Below the pieces are notes generated by a model. That model was not told where the DNA came from. It saw nothing but the letters and a program-made list of their open reading frames with translations, and searched no databases. Below are positions 24,497 to 37,249 of a DNA stretch of 51,290 nt, piece by piece; within the stretch, counting starts at the first letter, position 1; each line of letters begins with the position of its first letter. Origin of the DNA: Octopus bimaculoides (Eukaryota); NCBI RefSeq assembly GCF_001194135.2, contig NC_068981.1, positions 112,254,043-112,305,332 on the forward strand. Direction: 5' to 3'. The position numbers and the translations under genes are program-made.

Positions 24497-24940
24497 TCAT
24501 CATCATCATCATCATCGTTTAACATCAGCTTTCCATGCTGGCATGGGTTGGACGATTTGACTGAGGACTGGTGAACCAGATGACTGCACCAGGCTCCAAT
24601 CTGATCTAGCAGAAGTTCTACAGCTGGATGCCCTTCCTAACATCAACCACTCCGAGAGTGTAGTGGGTGCTTTTATGTGCCACTGGCAACGGCCATGCTC
24701 AAATGGTGTTTTTTACATGCCACCTGCACAGGAGCCAGTCTAGCGGCACTGGCAACGATCTCGCTCGAATATTTTTTCACGTGCCACCGGCACAAGTGCC
24801 AGTAAGCCAATGCTAGTAACGATCACACTCAAATGGTGCTTTTTACGTGCCACCAGCACGGAAGCCAGTCAGCTGCTCTGGCAATGATCACACTTGGATG
24901 GTGCTCTTAGCGCTCCACTAGCACAGATGCCTGTCATCGA
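24497..24940 (-). mobile_element. RTE-tail-type SINE/3-prime UTR copy with internal tandem modules
   Basis: (cat)n, ctttccatgctggcatgggttggac..., ctacagctggatgcccttcctaa; related copies at 25170-25520(+), 29340-29850(+), 43080-43360(+). Confidence 0.75.
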
Positions 24941-25879
24941 ATTTGATTTCGATTTTGATGTTTAACCTTTTTTAATAAACATCATATTAAATGTTATACC
25001 TTTTAATAAACATACAATTTTAGGCACACTGTGAAAAGTAAATGAATTAATTATTTAATATATATTATTAGACTAATCACTGTTACACAGATTAGACTGA
25101 CTGAGACTCTTGGCAGTTTGTTGTACTTGAGAAGACATGTCAAACTAAGTAAAATTGTGGCCACCCATACATACAACATGTCTTCTATGTCTGTCTCACA
25201 GCCAAGAGGTTCTTCCTTTGAGGCCTTACAGGTGCTGGTGTCATGTAAAAAACACTTGTGCTGGTGCCATTCAAAGCACCTGTGCCAAGGCCATGTAAAG
25301 GCACCCATACTGGTACCACAAAAGTGTCCATGCCAGTGCCCCATAAAAGTACCCATGCCAGTGCCATGTAGAAAGCACCTAGTATACTTTGTGAAGTGGT
25401 TTCTGTTAGGAAGGGCATCCAACTGTAGAAACCGTTCCAAAATAGACATTTTGAACCTGGGCAAAGCAGTTCCTGTCAAACTCATGCCAGCATGGAAAGA
25501 AGATGTAAAATCACAATGATGAGTTTGTATACATTAGAAATAGTCTTTCTGTGGATAGAAGATGAATATTCTTTTTATAATAAAGCACTAAAGAAAGTAG
25601 AAAGTAATCAAAGCACTTTCAACTTGTTCTACCCAGAAATATAAAACGTCTGTTTATTTTTTACAGTGAGGTCCAAATTGCATGTTTATTAAAACTTACT
25701 TTACATTATATTTCAAATTACTCAGAAATGCTCTAAGAATGAATTAATTCACATTGTCAGCATATAAACTTTGATGCAAAATAGAATGACCAATTTAGCT
25801 GAGTTCTTGTGTATATGTTATAAATAGCTATAAGCTGCAAATTTCAAAGCGCTGTAGTATATTAAAAATGATTTAATTT

Positions 25880-26180
25880 ATATAATTATATAAGTATAAA
25901 TCTGAATTGTGTGTATGCACACCTTGTTTTCAAAAACTACAGAACAAGCTACAAAACTATACATATTATTATCAATACTAGTATAGTTTTAGAATGCTGA
26001 TTTGTGCAAAAATTTGACAAAAGCACAACAAATAGAAAATTTTACAAAAACATTATAAAAAATTCGTAACTAATTCCTCATCAGTTAGCATCCAAAAAAT
26101 CATGACAATTTTGCGCCTTTAACATTGATATTGTTCGCTTTTTGTGGCGCCAGTGGCAAAAAGCCACTGGGAATAGCTAG
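25880..26180 (+). mobile_element. probable Helitron remnant (3-prime end)
   Basis: 8-bp hairpin ccagtggc-aaaaa-gccactgg (26150-26170) then CTAG at 26177-26180; 5-prime end uncertain. Confidence 0.55.
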
Positions 26181-26439
26181 CAAACATACAAGACAATGAT
26201 GAAAACAAACATGACAATATAAAATATACATATACAACAAGAAAAAATGTGCAGCTGCAAGACAAGCAAGATATTGGGTAATGCAAAGGAAAATGAAAAT
26301 GTCCTGTAGGACTGGAGATGAGAGGACAGACAGATAGTCAGAACAAAGAAAGAAGTTTTAGGGAGGGAAAGAGAGAGAGAGAGGAAGGCAAAGAAATGGA
26401 GACAGAGACAGAAATAGATGTCACCCCCAAAAATATACC

Positions 26440-26481
<42 letters not shown>

Positions 26482-26519
26482 CTCACTCTTTCGGAGAGGC
26501 ACAAGCACATACACAGACA

Positions 26520-26658
26520 TATACACATGCAGCAGTAACTTCCGCCTACCAAATTCAATCACAAAGCTTCGGTCGGCCCAGGGCTATAGCAAAAGACACT
26601 TGCCCAAGGTGCCATGCGGTGGGACTGAACCCGAAACCATGTAGCTGAGAAGCAGACC
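26520..26658 (-). mobile_element. SINE family B, 5-prime half
   Basis: gacacttgcccaaggtgcc...gggactgaacccg matches the 50886 copy in reverse. Confidence 0.75.
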
Positions 26659-26879
26659 GATTTCTTGACATTACAGTATTTGTAATGACTACACATACCA
26701 CTCATCACACGGGAGGTGTATTTCATTATTATTATTATCCCCATAACATCTTCGCTTTTAAGTTTTTCTTTCTTCTTAGGGAGTGTAATTTTATTTCTTT
26801 GTATTAGCAATAATTTTTACATCATCCCCCACCTCCATTAAAATTTTTTTTTTTTTTTTTATACAGTTACAAATTAAAA

Positions 26880-29330
26880 ATTATTTCTGTTTGGCATCCA
26901 CTTCCAGGAACTCCATACATGTTCTTTTTCTTTTGCTCATATATCTGGGTTCAATTATTTGTAGTGGCATTGGTACTTGAAAAATATCATATGATCATTC
27001 TCTTCCATTCTTCCGGGTTCACTCTGGTGTATTTGGATTTGGTGTCATGTGGTATACTCTTAAGAATTGTAGAGCTACCTCATCCATGACTTCCTTATTC
27101 AACTTTCTTAGTGTTCTGCTTGTCCATTAGATCTGGTATGGCATAATAGTTACATGTTCTACAGCAAATGTTTTACAAAACTTTTTAAACTCAAAAGACA
27201 CAAATTGCATTCCATTGTTAGACTGCTATGTCTGGGATGCCAAATTTCACATACAGCTCATATAGAAAGTTTATCGTAGTTGAGGAGGTTAGCTTTTTAC
27301 ACTGAGAAATTTCTGGCCATTTAGAGAAACTATTTACTACCACTAAATAGTAGGAACCACTTAACCCTTTCGTTACTAACCCGACCGTAGACAGCCGAAA
27401 AATTTTTTGGTTCAAAAGACTTAGCCGGCCGAGCGTACCCATTGTTATTTAAATGTATATTTGAACCCAATCTCGTTAGTACATTCGTTAAAACACCTGA
27501 TTTCACTTTGCAAACAGTTGAGTTATTGTCTCCCACATTGTTTGGCGTGATATTTGAACTCAGTGAATTTTGGAAGATTTTTTTCCACATTTTTTGCGGA
27601 GTTAATTTTTTTCAACTTTGAAGATGGAGAGGAGTTTCATGCTATCAAGCAGTGATTCCGAATTTGAAGGTTTTTCAACAGAAGATATGGAGATATCGAA
27701 GAAAAGAATGAATGAGCTACAAAAGCACGTGGTGNNNNNNNNNNNNNNNNNNNNNNNNNNNNNNNNNNNNNNNNNNNNNNNNNNNNNNNNNNNNNNNNNN
27801 NNNNNNNNNNNNNNNNNNNNNNNNNNNNNNNNNNNNNNNNNNNNNNNNNNNNNNNNNNNNNNNNNNNNNNNNNNNNNNNNNNNNNNNNNNNNNNNNNNNN
27901 NNNNNNNNNNNNNNNNNNNNNNNNNNNNNNNNNNNNNNNNNNNNNNNNNNNNNNNNNNNNNNNNNNNNNNNNNNNNNNNNNNNNNNNNNNNNNNNNNNNN
28001 NNNNNNNNNNNNNNNNNNNNNNNNNNNNNNNNNNNNNNNNNNNNNNNNNNNNNNNNNNNNNNNNNNNNNNNNNNNNNNNNNNNNNNNNNNNNNNNNNNNN
28101 NNNNNNNNNNNNNNNNNNNNNNNNNNNNNNNNNNNNNNNNNNNNNNNNNNNNNNNNNNNNNNNNNNACGGGCATTTTTTGCCATAAATATTATTATGGGT
28201 ATTAGACAGTTACCCAGAATAACAAATTACTGGAGCGATCAGGAACCTTTTGGCGATGAATATATTTCCAGTATTATGAACGAGTACGATTCGTGAAGCT
28301 GAACCAATATTTACATGTGAGAGACACAAGCAGTACCCCAGTACATGGAGAACTTTCAGACAAAAATTATGCAATAGAATTGATTAAAAACCCTTTCTTT
28401 AATTATGTTCCAGATATCACATTAATATGTTGATAAATAAAAAAGTTACAGGTGTTTAATGAGACTAGTCTAAATTCATGATTATTTTAGAATTTAGTTG
28501 AAACTCATGAGGGGTGTATTTTGGTCAGAAATATAGTAACGAAAGGGTTAAGGGACCAATGAAATCGATGTGTAGTCTTGACCATGGAACATATAATTTT
28601 GGCCAAGGTTCACTTTTTATTGATGTTAATTTTGCTGCTAGAGCACATCTTCTACAGCCTTTCACTAAATTTTTGATTTCTCTGTCCATTTTTGACCAGT
28701 ACAAGTAGCTATGCATTAAAGCTTTCATCCTCAAAATATCAGGATATCTAACAGGGAATTCCCTCAACATTTTCTTTTGCAGTGTTTTAGGTATTACTAC
28801 TCTCTACACCATCAAAAATTGAGTATAGGTTCACATCTTGGTTTTGTTTCACACCAATTCTGTTCCTATGTACTTTACCTGTCCACAGTATTCTTTTCAT
28901 TTGTTATGAATTTGTCCATCTCCGCATTTCATTTTATGTCTTCTAGGGTCACTGGTAATTTTCATTCCATATTCCACTTTTCATTTCTCTTCCTGATCTT
29001 CATGCTGTGACGACTGTATCTTTGAATGGTTCACAGTGTTTCGGTATTAGTCTGGACAAGCCATCCGCCTGCCCTAATTTTCTTGACAGTAAATATTCCA
29101 TTTTGTAATCATAAGTCAATAAGGTAGTGTCCCATCACAGTAGTCTATTTGTTCTGTGTGTTGGTATTCCTTTTTTAGAGCCATATCTTGACAGTAGTGG
29201 GCAATGATCCGTTTGTAGACAGAAACTTCTTCCATGAATAAACCTATGGAATTTTCACCCTGAATATGATTGATAATGCTTCCTTTTCTATTTGACGATA
29301 GTTCCTTTTAGCTGGTAATAGCAATCGTGA
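26880..29330 (-). mobile_element. Gypsy pol fragment (RNase H to integrase), interrupted by piggyBac
   Basis: KLGQADGLSRL, MKALMHSYLYWSKMDREIKNLVKGCRRC, WSRLHIDFIGPL|SGSYYLVVVNSFSKWPE; no LTRs found. Confidence 0.85.
27365..28547 (+). mobile_element. piggyBac deletion derivative
   Basis: TTAA TSD at 27361-64 and 28548-51, TIR ccctttcgttacta / tagtaacgaaaggg; acidic N-terminus SSSDSEFEGFS and AFFAINIIMGIRQLPRITNYWS transposase remnant; 433-nt gap inside. Confidence 0.92.
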
Positions 29331-29339
29331 TGCATGGGC

Positions 29340-29850
29340 TATAGCCTTTTCACTCCATCGTCATATATGTGCAGGAGCACTGCTCCTACAACATGGTATC
29401 CAACTTCGGATCAAAATGTGTTAACGGGCTTCATGGAAGCAAAGTGGCTGAGTTCCTTTCAAGTGTTGAACCTCACGGAGGCGAGGTGGCTGAGTTCCTT
29501 TCAAGCATTGGGCCTCACGGAGACAAAGTAGCCGAGCTCTTTTTGAGTGTTGGGCTTCACAGAGGCAATGACCAAGACCTTTGGCATCATGTTGTGCTTG
29601 AGAATAAGATCTATCAAGCTGAGCAAAATCACAGTTGTGGCAGATACCGGTGTCATGCAAATGGCATCTGTGCCAGTGGCACGTAAAAGCACCTATCACA
29701 CTCTCGGAGTGGTTGGTGTTAGGAAGGGCATCCAGCCATAGAAAATCATGCCAAATCAGACTGGATCCTGGCTCAGCTTTCCAGAGTGTCAGCCCAGTCA
29801 AACCTTCCAACCCATGCCAGCATGGACAACGGACATTAAATGATGATGAT
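29340..29850 (+). mobile_element. RTE-tail-type repeat with ~39-bp VNTR
   Basis: repeated cctcacggag...gctgagttcctttcaag unit followed by the standard tail. Confidence 0.7.
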
Positions 29851-30226
29851 GATAAGTTCGATGTTAAAATGTTTTTTTAATTCATCAGATGCCTTCTGAC
29901 ACTTATTAGTCCAGCACCATTTTGCATTTTTCTCTAACAGATCGTTGAATAGGGCCCTTACATTGTGTATATTGGGAATATAAATTTGGTAGTGATTTAC
30001 TAAACGATAATGTAATCCTTATTGTCCCCTGCACACCCTCATGATTTTCCTTACAAGGTATTTAAAATGCAAAATTATATATTTATATATGTTTTGTAAC
30101 TTTAATTTTGTTTGTGAAATGAAACAATTGTTGGTGAATGTGTTGATTAATTAATTAATCAATTTGTTTCCATTAGATGTCTCTGTTTTCTGACTCACTA
30201 TATATATTTGTGTATATATATGTGTG

Positions 30227-30768
30227 TGCTTATTCAGTTATTTTATCCTTAGCCTTCTTTTAGCTTATTTGTACTGAGTACTGCACTTACAACTCATTAT
30301 AGTATCACAGCATCATAAAAATAGCACATTAACAAACCAAACATCTCTCTAACATACTTCAAGCAATGGCACCTTCAGCAAATGTCTGCTATAAGAGACC
30401 TAGAAGCATAGGCCAATAGCAAAAATCTTGTGAGTGAATTGTTGGATGGAAACTAAAAGAAGTCTCACATACACACACAGATATATATGTATATATATAT
30501 CTGTGTGTGTATGCGAGACTTCTTTTACAGATTTCTTTTAGTTTCTATCCAACAATTCACTCACAAGATTTTTGCTATTGGCCTATGCTTCTAGGTCTCT
30601 TATAGCAGACATTTGCTGAAGGTATCCATTGCTTGAAGTATGTTAGAGAGATGTTTGGTTTGTTAATGTGCTATTTTTATGATGCTGCGATACTATAATG
30701 AGTTGTAAGTGCAGTACTCAGTACAAATAAGCTAAAAGAAGGCTAAGGATAAAATAACTGAATAAGCA
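30227..30768. repeat. long near-perfect inverted repeat (foldback)
   Basis: arms of ~260-275 bp around a TA microsatellite at ~30490; about 4 differences plus one ~13-bp insertion by eye. Confidence 0.92.
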
Positions 30769-31664
30769 TTTAGAAAGATAGTTTTCATAGAAATATGTTG
30801 ATTAAATACCAAAATTGTACATCTGTATAGAATCTATCTGATCACGTATTAAACAACTACTGAGAATAGTCAGAAAGAAAGTTGTTAGTAAAAATTATAA
30901 ATATTTAGTTCTAACATTGCTGCATGAGACTTCATTTTTCAGCCATTCCTTAAGTCCATGATATCATAAGAATCATACTACCCTTGAAGGAAGTTAAAAT
31001 TTCTCACATATGTAAGGGAGAAAACTCTAATCCCTTCAACCATTCATTTCTATTTTATAGCAGAATCCTTACAGGACTAGGTTTTTGTCTTAACAAATTT
31101 TCAGTAGTATGTTAAGAGTTAGTAAAAAAGACATTAAATAAAACTGTGTTAATATTAACACAGTTATTGTCATATATTCTAACTTTATTTACAATAGTCA
31201 TATTGTGATCCTAAGTAAGGACTGCAGCTCTGCCTAATTCAGTTTTTTATTTTATTTTATTTTATTTCATTTTTTGACTAATAACATTATTTCACTCTTT
31301 CTTCATCATTGGGCATTTAGAATGATGTCCAACAATAAAAAGAATTGCACAAGCAATATACAAATGCGAAAATTGGTAAATAATTCCTTTTCACACATGG
31401 TTACAATGTAAATCAAGAAGAAAAAAAAAAATTTAATAATATGAAATATGCAGAAACCATGGTATGAGTCAGATTGAAAATAGAAACAAAAGAGTTGTTT
31501 GAATTTGATGTATTCATAGTGACCAACATACAGCTATTTATCCTTGAAGACAGTAAAGTGATAAAAATGAATGTTTTAGAAACATTAGAACTTTAAAAGT
31601 GACTTTCAATTCAGTTGTTTATACAATTTAGGTTCTTACCAGTTCTGCTTTTATTGTTTCACAG

Positions 31665-31763
31665 ATTGAGTGCTTTTTACAGAGGAACCATAATCCATGT
31701 AAATTTTCTTCTGACCAAGGCTATCGTTTACAACAAGGCTTTCTTATAAGTTCTACTCAACAG
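31665..31763 (+). CDS. CARMIL: CARMIL exon 6 in window
   Basis: cacag acceptor, gtgagg donor; IECFLQRNHNPCKFSSDQGYRLQQGFLISSTQQ, cf. [33 protein letters not shown]. Confidence 0.95.
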
Positions 31764-32429
31764 GTGAGGTGTGCAACATACTTTAGCTACTGATCCCTAA
31801 AATGCTTTTTATATGTGTGTCTGTCTGTCTGTTAGTTTGGATGTTGTGGTTGCTAATAAATAGGTCTGTTTTGTAAAAGGATATATAATTTTCCACTATA
31901 TATTCTTACCTATTCTAAGTTCATATTGCACTGGAGTTAAATTTGCAATTCATTCTTCTTGGGTTATAAAAAACACAAGTACCATTTCTATATTTGAATC
32001 ATTGCAGAGAAATGAGTAGAGAGAATAATTTGTTGTTATTTCACAGAAATGAAGGAGATAAGCAGTTTTGTTGTTGCTTAGCCTAAGATCAGTCCTGTTT
32101 TTGAGTAACAGGAGTCAACGCTGCTTAGACAGACTTATAAATTACAGTTAGTTACTATAAAGGATCACACATACCTCACACACACACATCTAGGCAGTTC
32201 TGTCCTAGATTTAATTTAAAACTTAATCTACAACAATTGATAGGATACCCATGAGAGGCTTATTTCCACTGTCATATACAGCTAAGGTGTGCACCTATAC
32301 CCTATCACCAGAGGCAGTCCAGTGGTTAGCAATGTATATTTAGTAGTACACATCTATTTCAGTGACATGTACAAATGCCCTCTGCCTCCAGGCAAGTGCC
32401 CTCATAATTCTTTCTAGATGCTGAGAACA

Positions 32430-35190
32430 CTCCCTTAAGTACCTTCTTACTTTTCCCAGTTCTGAAACTTAAATCTTCCATGATCAATGTTGGCACAATG
32501 AAAGGTAGGTCAAGTAAGATTGTAGAAATTCGAGAGCAAGAGGTACATTGGAATGGAGCCTCAGTAGACTACTCATTGGCAAGTAATGAGTAGTAGTGAT
32601 GGGCTGGGTGGTTTAGGTATACTTTTGACAGAAATGGATTGATAGAGTGATTAAGGTAGCCAGAGTGAGTGATAGAATTGCTAAACAAAGACTAGTCTTG
32701 TATAATGTTAGTGACATCTCTGCATATGCTCCTCATGCTGGGCTGGCAGAAGATAAGACAGACCGATTGTATGGGGTTCTTTTGTTGACTATCTTGATGA
32801 TGAATAACTGTAATATTATTATTGTAGCTGTTGAGCAACACTCCAACAGATTTTATGGTATTCACAGTGGTTAAAGCTTTGGTTCTAGATACAAAGAGGG
32901 AACAAGACTGCTGGGATTTTATGATGCAAATGGCTTGTTAATCTGCAACACTAGCTTCAGGAAATCTGCGAGGTACCTAATCATCTACCAGTAGCACAGA
33001 TTGACTGCATTCTCACCAGAAAAAGGGATAGAAAGATGTTTGTGAATACAAAGTCCTTCCCTGGAGAGGAATGTACAGCTCAATATAGGTTAGTGACCTC
33101 AAACAAAGCTAGAAAGACTCAGAGGCACAAACTAATCTGCAAAAGGAATATAAGGGTCCTTCAGACAGTCAGAGACATTCTTATTGAAGCTTTCAATGGG
33201 AAGGAGAAGATAGACATTGAGAGCAACAGGAACAACCTACTGAGGATGACAGACCAATTCTGTGGTTGGGGCAAATTTCAGCTAGACAAGGGTGAAATAG
33301 TGATGGAACAGTGAGATAGACAGCCATAAAAGTTAAGTGACAGCTTTGAAAATAGAGACAGCAAAGAACTTTGTTAGACTGGAAGCTAAGCCACAGGTCT
33401 CTTAGCAAGAGCTGAAACAGAAAGAGGTCCACTATTGTTTTACAACATGTGGATCAGTGGCATGAGGTATTCAAGCTTGTTGGACAGTGTATACAAGAGA
33501 ATTAAAATATTGTGAAAGAGAAATGTGAATGGATGGATAATGACATGATGATTCTGAAAAAGAGATGCATGTAAGTGTTACAATGAAAGGTTATTAAATG
33601 TGGAAAATTAATGAGGGAAAGAGAGTCTCCCCAATGTTGATCCTACAGTGGGACTAGCTAGTCAAGTTCAGAGCAGTATGATACAAAAGACAATTAAAGA
33701 TATGAAGACAGGAAAAGTCCAACGTCTATGTGGAATTGTTGCTGAGATACTTAGAATATCTGGTAGAGTAGATTACAGCTAATCACCCATTTAGTTAATC
33801 AGGTTATATGGGAAGGTATCATCCCCAATGACTGGTGTAGCAGCATTATAGTCAGCTGGACATGGTCATGCAAGTTACAGAGTTATAGTCCTATTAATTA
33901 AAAACAGTGTTTGACTTGATGAGATGCAGTTAGGTTTTGTGTCCTGGAGAAGTATTACTGATGTTATCTTCTTAGTCAGACAACTACAGAGAAACTATTT
34001 ACCTAAGAGTAAATCATTGTACTTCACATTTGTTAACCTAGAGAATGCCTTTCACAGTCTCTGATGAAGCTAGGAGTATATGAATGACTTGTGAAAGCTG
34101 TACAAGCCATGTACAGGGATACAGTACTGTTAGTAAGGTGAGAGTTAGCCATGAGTTCAGTAATGAATTTAGAGTGTACAGGTAGGCTTTCAACAGGGCT
34201 TGGTTCTCAGATTACCCCACTTTATCATTGTCCTCTAGACCATAATAGAGGAATTTAAAACTGACTGTGCCTGAAAATTACTATATGCTGATTATCTCAT
34301 TCTCATAACAGAATCTGTAAGAGAATTAGGAAAGTAATTCCAGGTGTGGAAGCAAAAGCTGGAACTGCAGAACCTTAGTGTTAACTTAGGAAGGAAACAG
34401 ATATAATACTACTCCTTTCAGGTATATATCCCTGCTCATTATATAAGAAAAGTGTAAGCAGGAATTCCATTTGGTGTAGTGCAAGCTTTGCTCACATAAG
34501 TGGTGCAGTAGAATGAAAGGAAAGTTAATAGACAAAGTAGTGTTTGTATGTGAAAATGTACAGGAGCCATAAAGACTAATCATACATGGGAAATTGATAT
34601 TCTCTAGTACCTTGGAGGGTCTATAGAGGTAGTAGATAATTTCTGTTACCTAGGCAACTTAATTAGTAATAGAGGAGACTGTTCTGAATGTGTAATTGCT
34701 AAAATAAGAGTAGGATGGAGAAAATTGAGATGTGTTGGCAACAAAAGTCTCACTCTCTGAGTGGAAGGCAAACTGTAAGATGCTTGTGTACTTACAGCAA
34801 TGCTATTTGGTAGTGAGACATGAGCTCTGGCTGCAGAGGACAGTCAAAGACTAGAGGGGAATGAATCTCATATGCTCCATTGGATATGCAATGTCTATGT
34901 GCTTGTATGACAAAATGCTAATGTATTGAAAGAAAAGTTAAGCATAAAAGGAATCAGATGTAGCATGGAAGAGAGAAAACTTTGCTGGTTTAGTCATGTG
35001 ATGCATATAGATGAGGAAAGCTACATAAAGAAATGCTAATCACTTGAAGTGGATGGAACTTGTGGAAGAGAAAGAGCCAGGAAGATATGAAACAAAAGAG
35101 TGAAGGCTGATCTCAAGATGCTGATCCTCACAGAGGAGATGACAACAGGCTGAGATGATTGATAATTTAGGGCTAGAAGAACTCCAAGAT
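32430..35190 (+). mobile_element. near full-length, heavily decayed RTE LINE
   Basis: endonuclease remnants (NVGTMKG, ISAYAPHAGL, KSFPGEECTAQYRLV), RT remnants, C-terminus; many stops. Confidence 0.82.
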
Positions 35191-36345
35191 ACAAACCTTT
35201 AAATGGCCAGAGATTTTGAGATGTTCTTAATGAAGCATTTGATGAGACAGAGAAGAGATAGAAACATATAGAGGACAACTGGAAATTCTTACAGGATAAT
35301 CTACTGAGGGCAACAGACCAAATTTGTGGTTGGAGCAAAGCCTCTGCTAAACCAAGGATGACATGGCTGTGGAACAGGGAGGTTGACAGGGCCATAAAAG
35401 AGAAGAGACAGATTTGGAAAGAGTGGAAAACGTGGGGTAGCAAAGAACCATATGCTAGTTGATAAAAGGAAGCTAGGTGTCAGGTTTATGTAGCTAAGGC
35501 ACAAGCGGAAAGTAAGTGGTTTGCCAATGTCGTACAGCATGAAAATCAGTGACATAAGGTGTTCTGGATAGCTGGATGGTGTGTCAGAAAGAATGAAGAT
35601 GTTGTGGGAGAGAAGTACATATGGATTGATAATGATATACTTCTAGTCAGTGTCTCTGAAAAGAAAGAAGTTTGGAATACTATTAAATGTGAAGAACAAA
35701 TGGGAGAAAGGATGTCCCCTCTTTGTGAACCCAGCTGAGGGACCAGCTATTCTAGTTACAGTAGCAGAATAGATAAGGCAATTTAAGATATGAAGGCAAG
35801 AAAAGACCCTGTACTTGGCAGTTGTTGAACTGGAGAAAGCCTTCAACAGAGAACCTTACTCCATGACATAGTGGTCTCTGAAGAAGCTAGGGATTGATAA
35901 ATGGCTTGTGAAAGCAATACAGGGGTTTTGTTAGTATAACTGTAAGTGTTAGCCATGAGTAAAGTGACAAGTTAATTGTACAGCTAAATGCTCACCAAGG
36001 CTCAGTCCTCAGCACCCTTTTATTCATCATCATCATCCTGGCTGTAACAGAGGAATTTATGACCGGCTGCCCACAATAACTACTGTATGCTGATTATCTT
36101 GCTCTCATAGCAGAATCTGTAACAGAACTAGAAAAGAAGTTCTAGGTGTAGAAGCAAAACCTAGAATAGGATGGAGAAAATTCAGATAGCTTTTACCTCT
36201 GTTGGCAACCAAAGGTCTCTCCAAATGAAAGGAAGATTGTATAATGCATGTGTATGAACAGCAGTGCTACACGGTTGTGAGAGGGCTCTGAATGCAGAGA
36301 GAAATGAAGCTTGTATACTCCATTAGTAGTCCATGTGCAACAGTG
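35190..36345 (+). mobile_element. internally deleted RTE LINE, left part (continues at 42314-42610)
   Basis: NWKFLQDNLLRATDQICGW linker; GSVLSTLLFII; frame QQSV|SVLRE..GIRGIRCSVQERR joins across the Gypsy insertion. Confidence 0.8.
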
Positions 36346-36785
36346 TGTAGGTGATAGGGCCACTATCATTGGGTAACCCTATCCCATACAAATCAATTCT
36401 CTTCAATAAAAACGAACATGCTGGATAAATTGAATAACAGCATAACAAATATTTATTATGAGGTGCTCAGCCTACATCTCGGGTAATGGAATTTCCAGGT
36501 CGCATTTTATTGTTGGTGTGAAGATGGTGTCGATGCTGGTTGATTAAGTCATTCTTCAGCCTCAGTGAGTGTAGACTCAAGAGTAGAGTTACAGAGCAGC
36601 TCTTAGGGGTCCTGTCGTCCCCTCAAATATCCAGCGCTAAGAGGTCGAGAAAAGGCAGGAACGCTTTTATATAGGATGACCACGCATGTGCATGAGGGAC
36701 TTCCTGCATGCCTTCCAGAAGACATGTCCCTGCTCATGTGTGGACGAACTTCCCAAAATGACGACTGGTATTAGGCATCACTACA
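36346..36785 (-). repeat. 3-prime LTR
   Basis: tgtaggtg...cactaca; adjacent polypurine tract. Confidence 0.95.
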
Positions 36786-37249
36786 TAGCTCCCCCTTGAG
36801 TGCGGAAGCATGAAAATAGAAAAATATTGGAGTGGCGCCTGAGGCAAGATGGCTACTGAAAACACCCTCGAGATGTGGCAAAAAGATACACAAAGCAAAG
36901 AAATGAATGTACATGCATGCAAAGGAAAAATGTATGTATGTACTGGAATACTATACACAGTATGCAATTGAAAAGAAATGTGTTACACAGAACATAAAAA
37001 AAACCCAACAAAATTGCAACACAATGCACGTGGAAATCAATATTCCGGTGGCATAAGTCAAGTTCAAAGTCAGCATGGTGGCAGGTATTGTTGGATGTAA
37101 AAGTTTTACTTACGTCACTGCATTTTCTTTATTACACCATGTTTGATGCAGTGGTGCAAGAAATTGCCATGTGGTATGTTCAGCACAAAAAAAAAAAAGG
37201 GAAAACACAGTTCAGGCAATTTGTACAAAAGAAAACGCTGAAAGTTCAA

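Noticed and set aside
29380-29575. CRISPR-like repeat/spacer appearance
   Set aside because: The units are contiguous degenerate tandem repeats without unique spacers, in a eukaryotic retroelement tail with no cas genes
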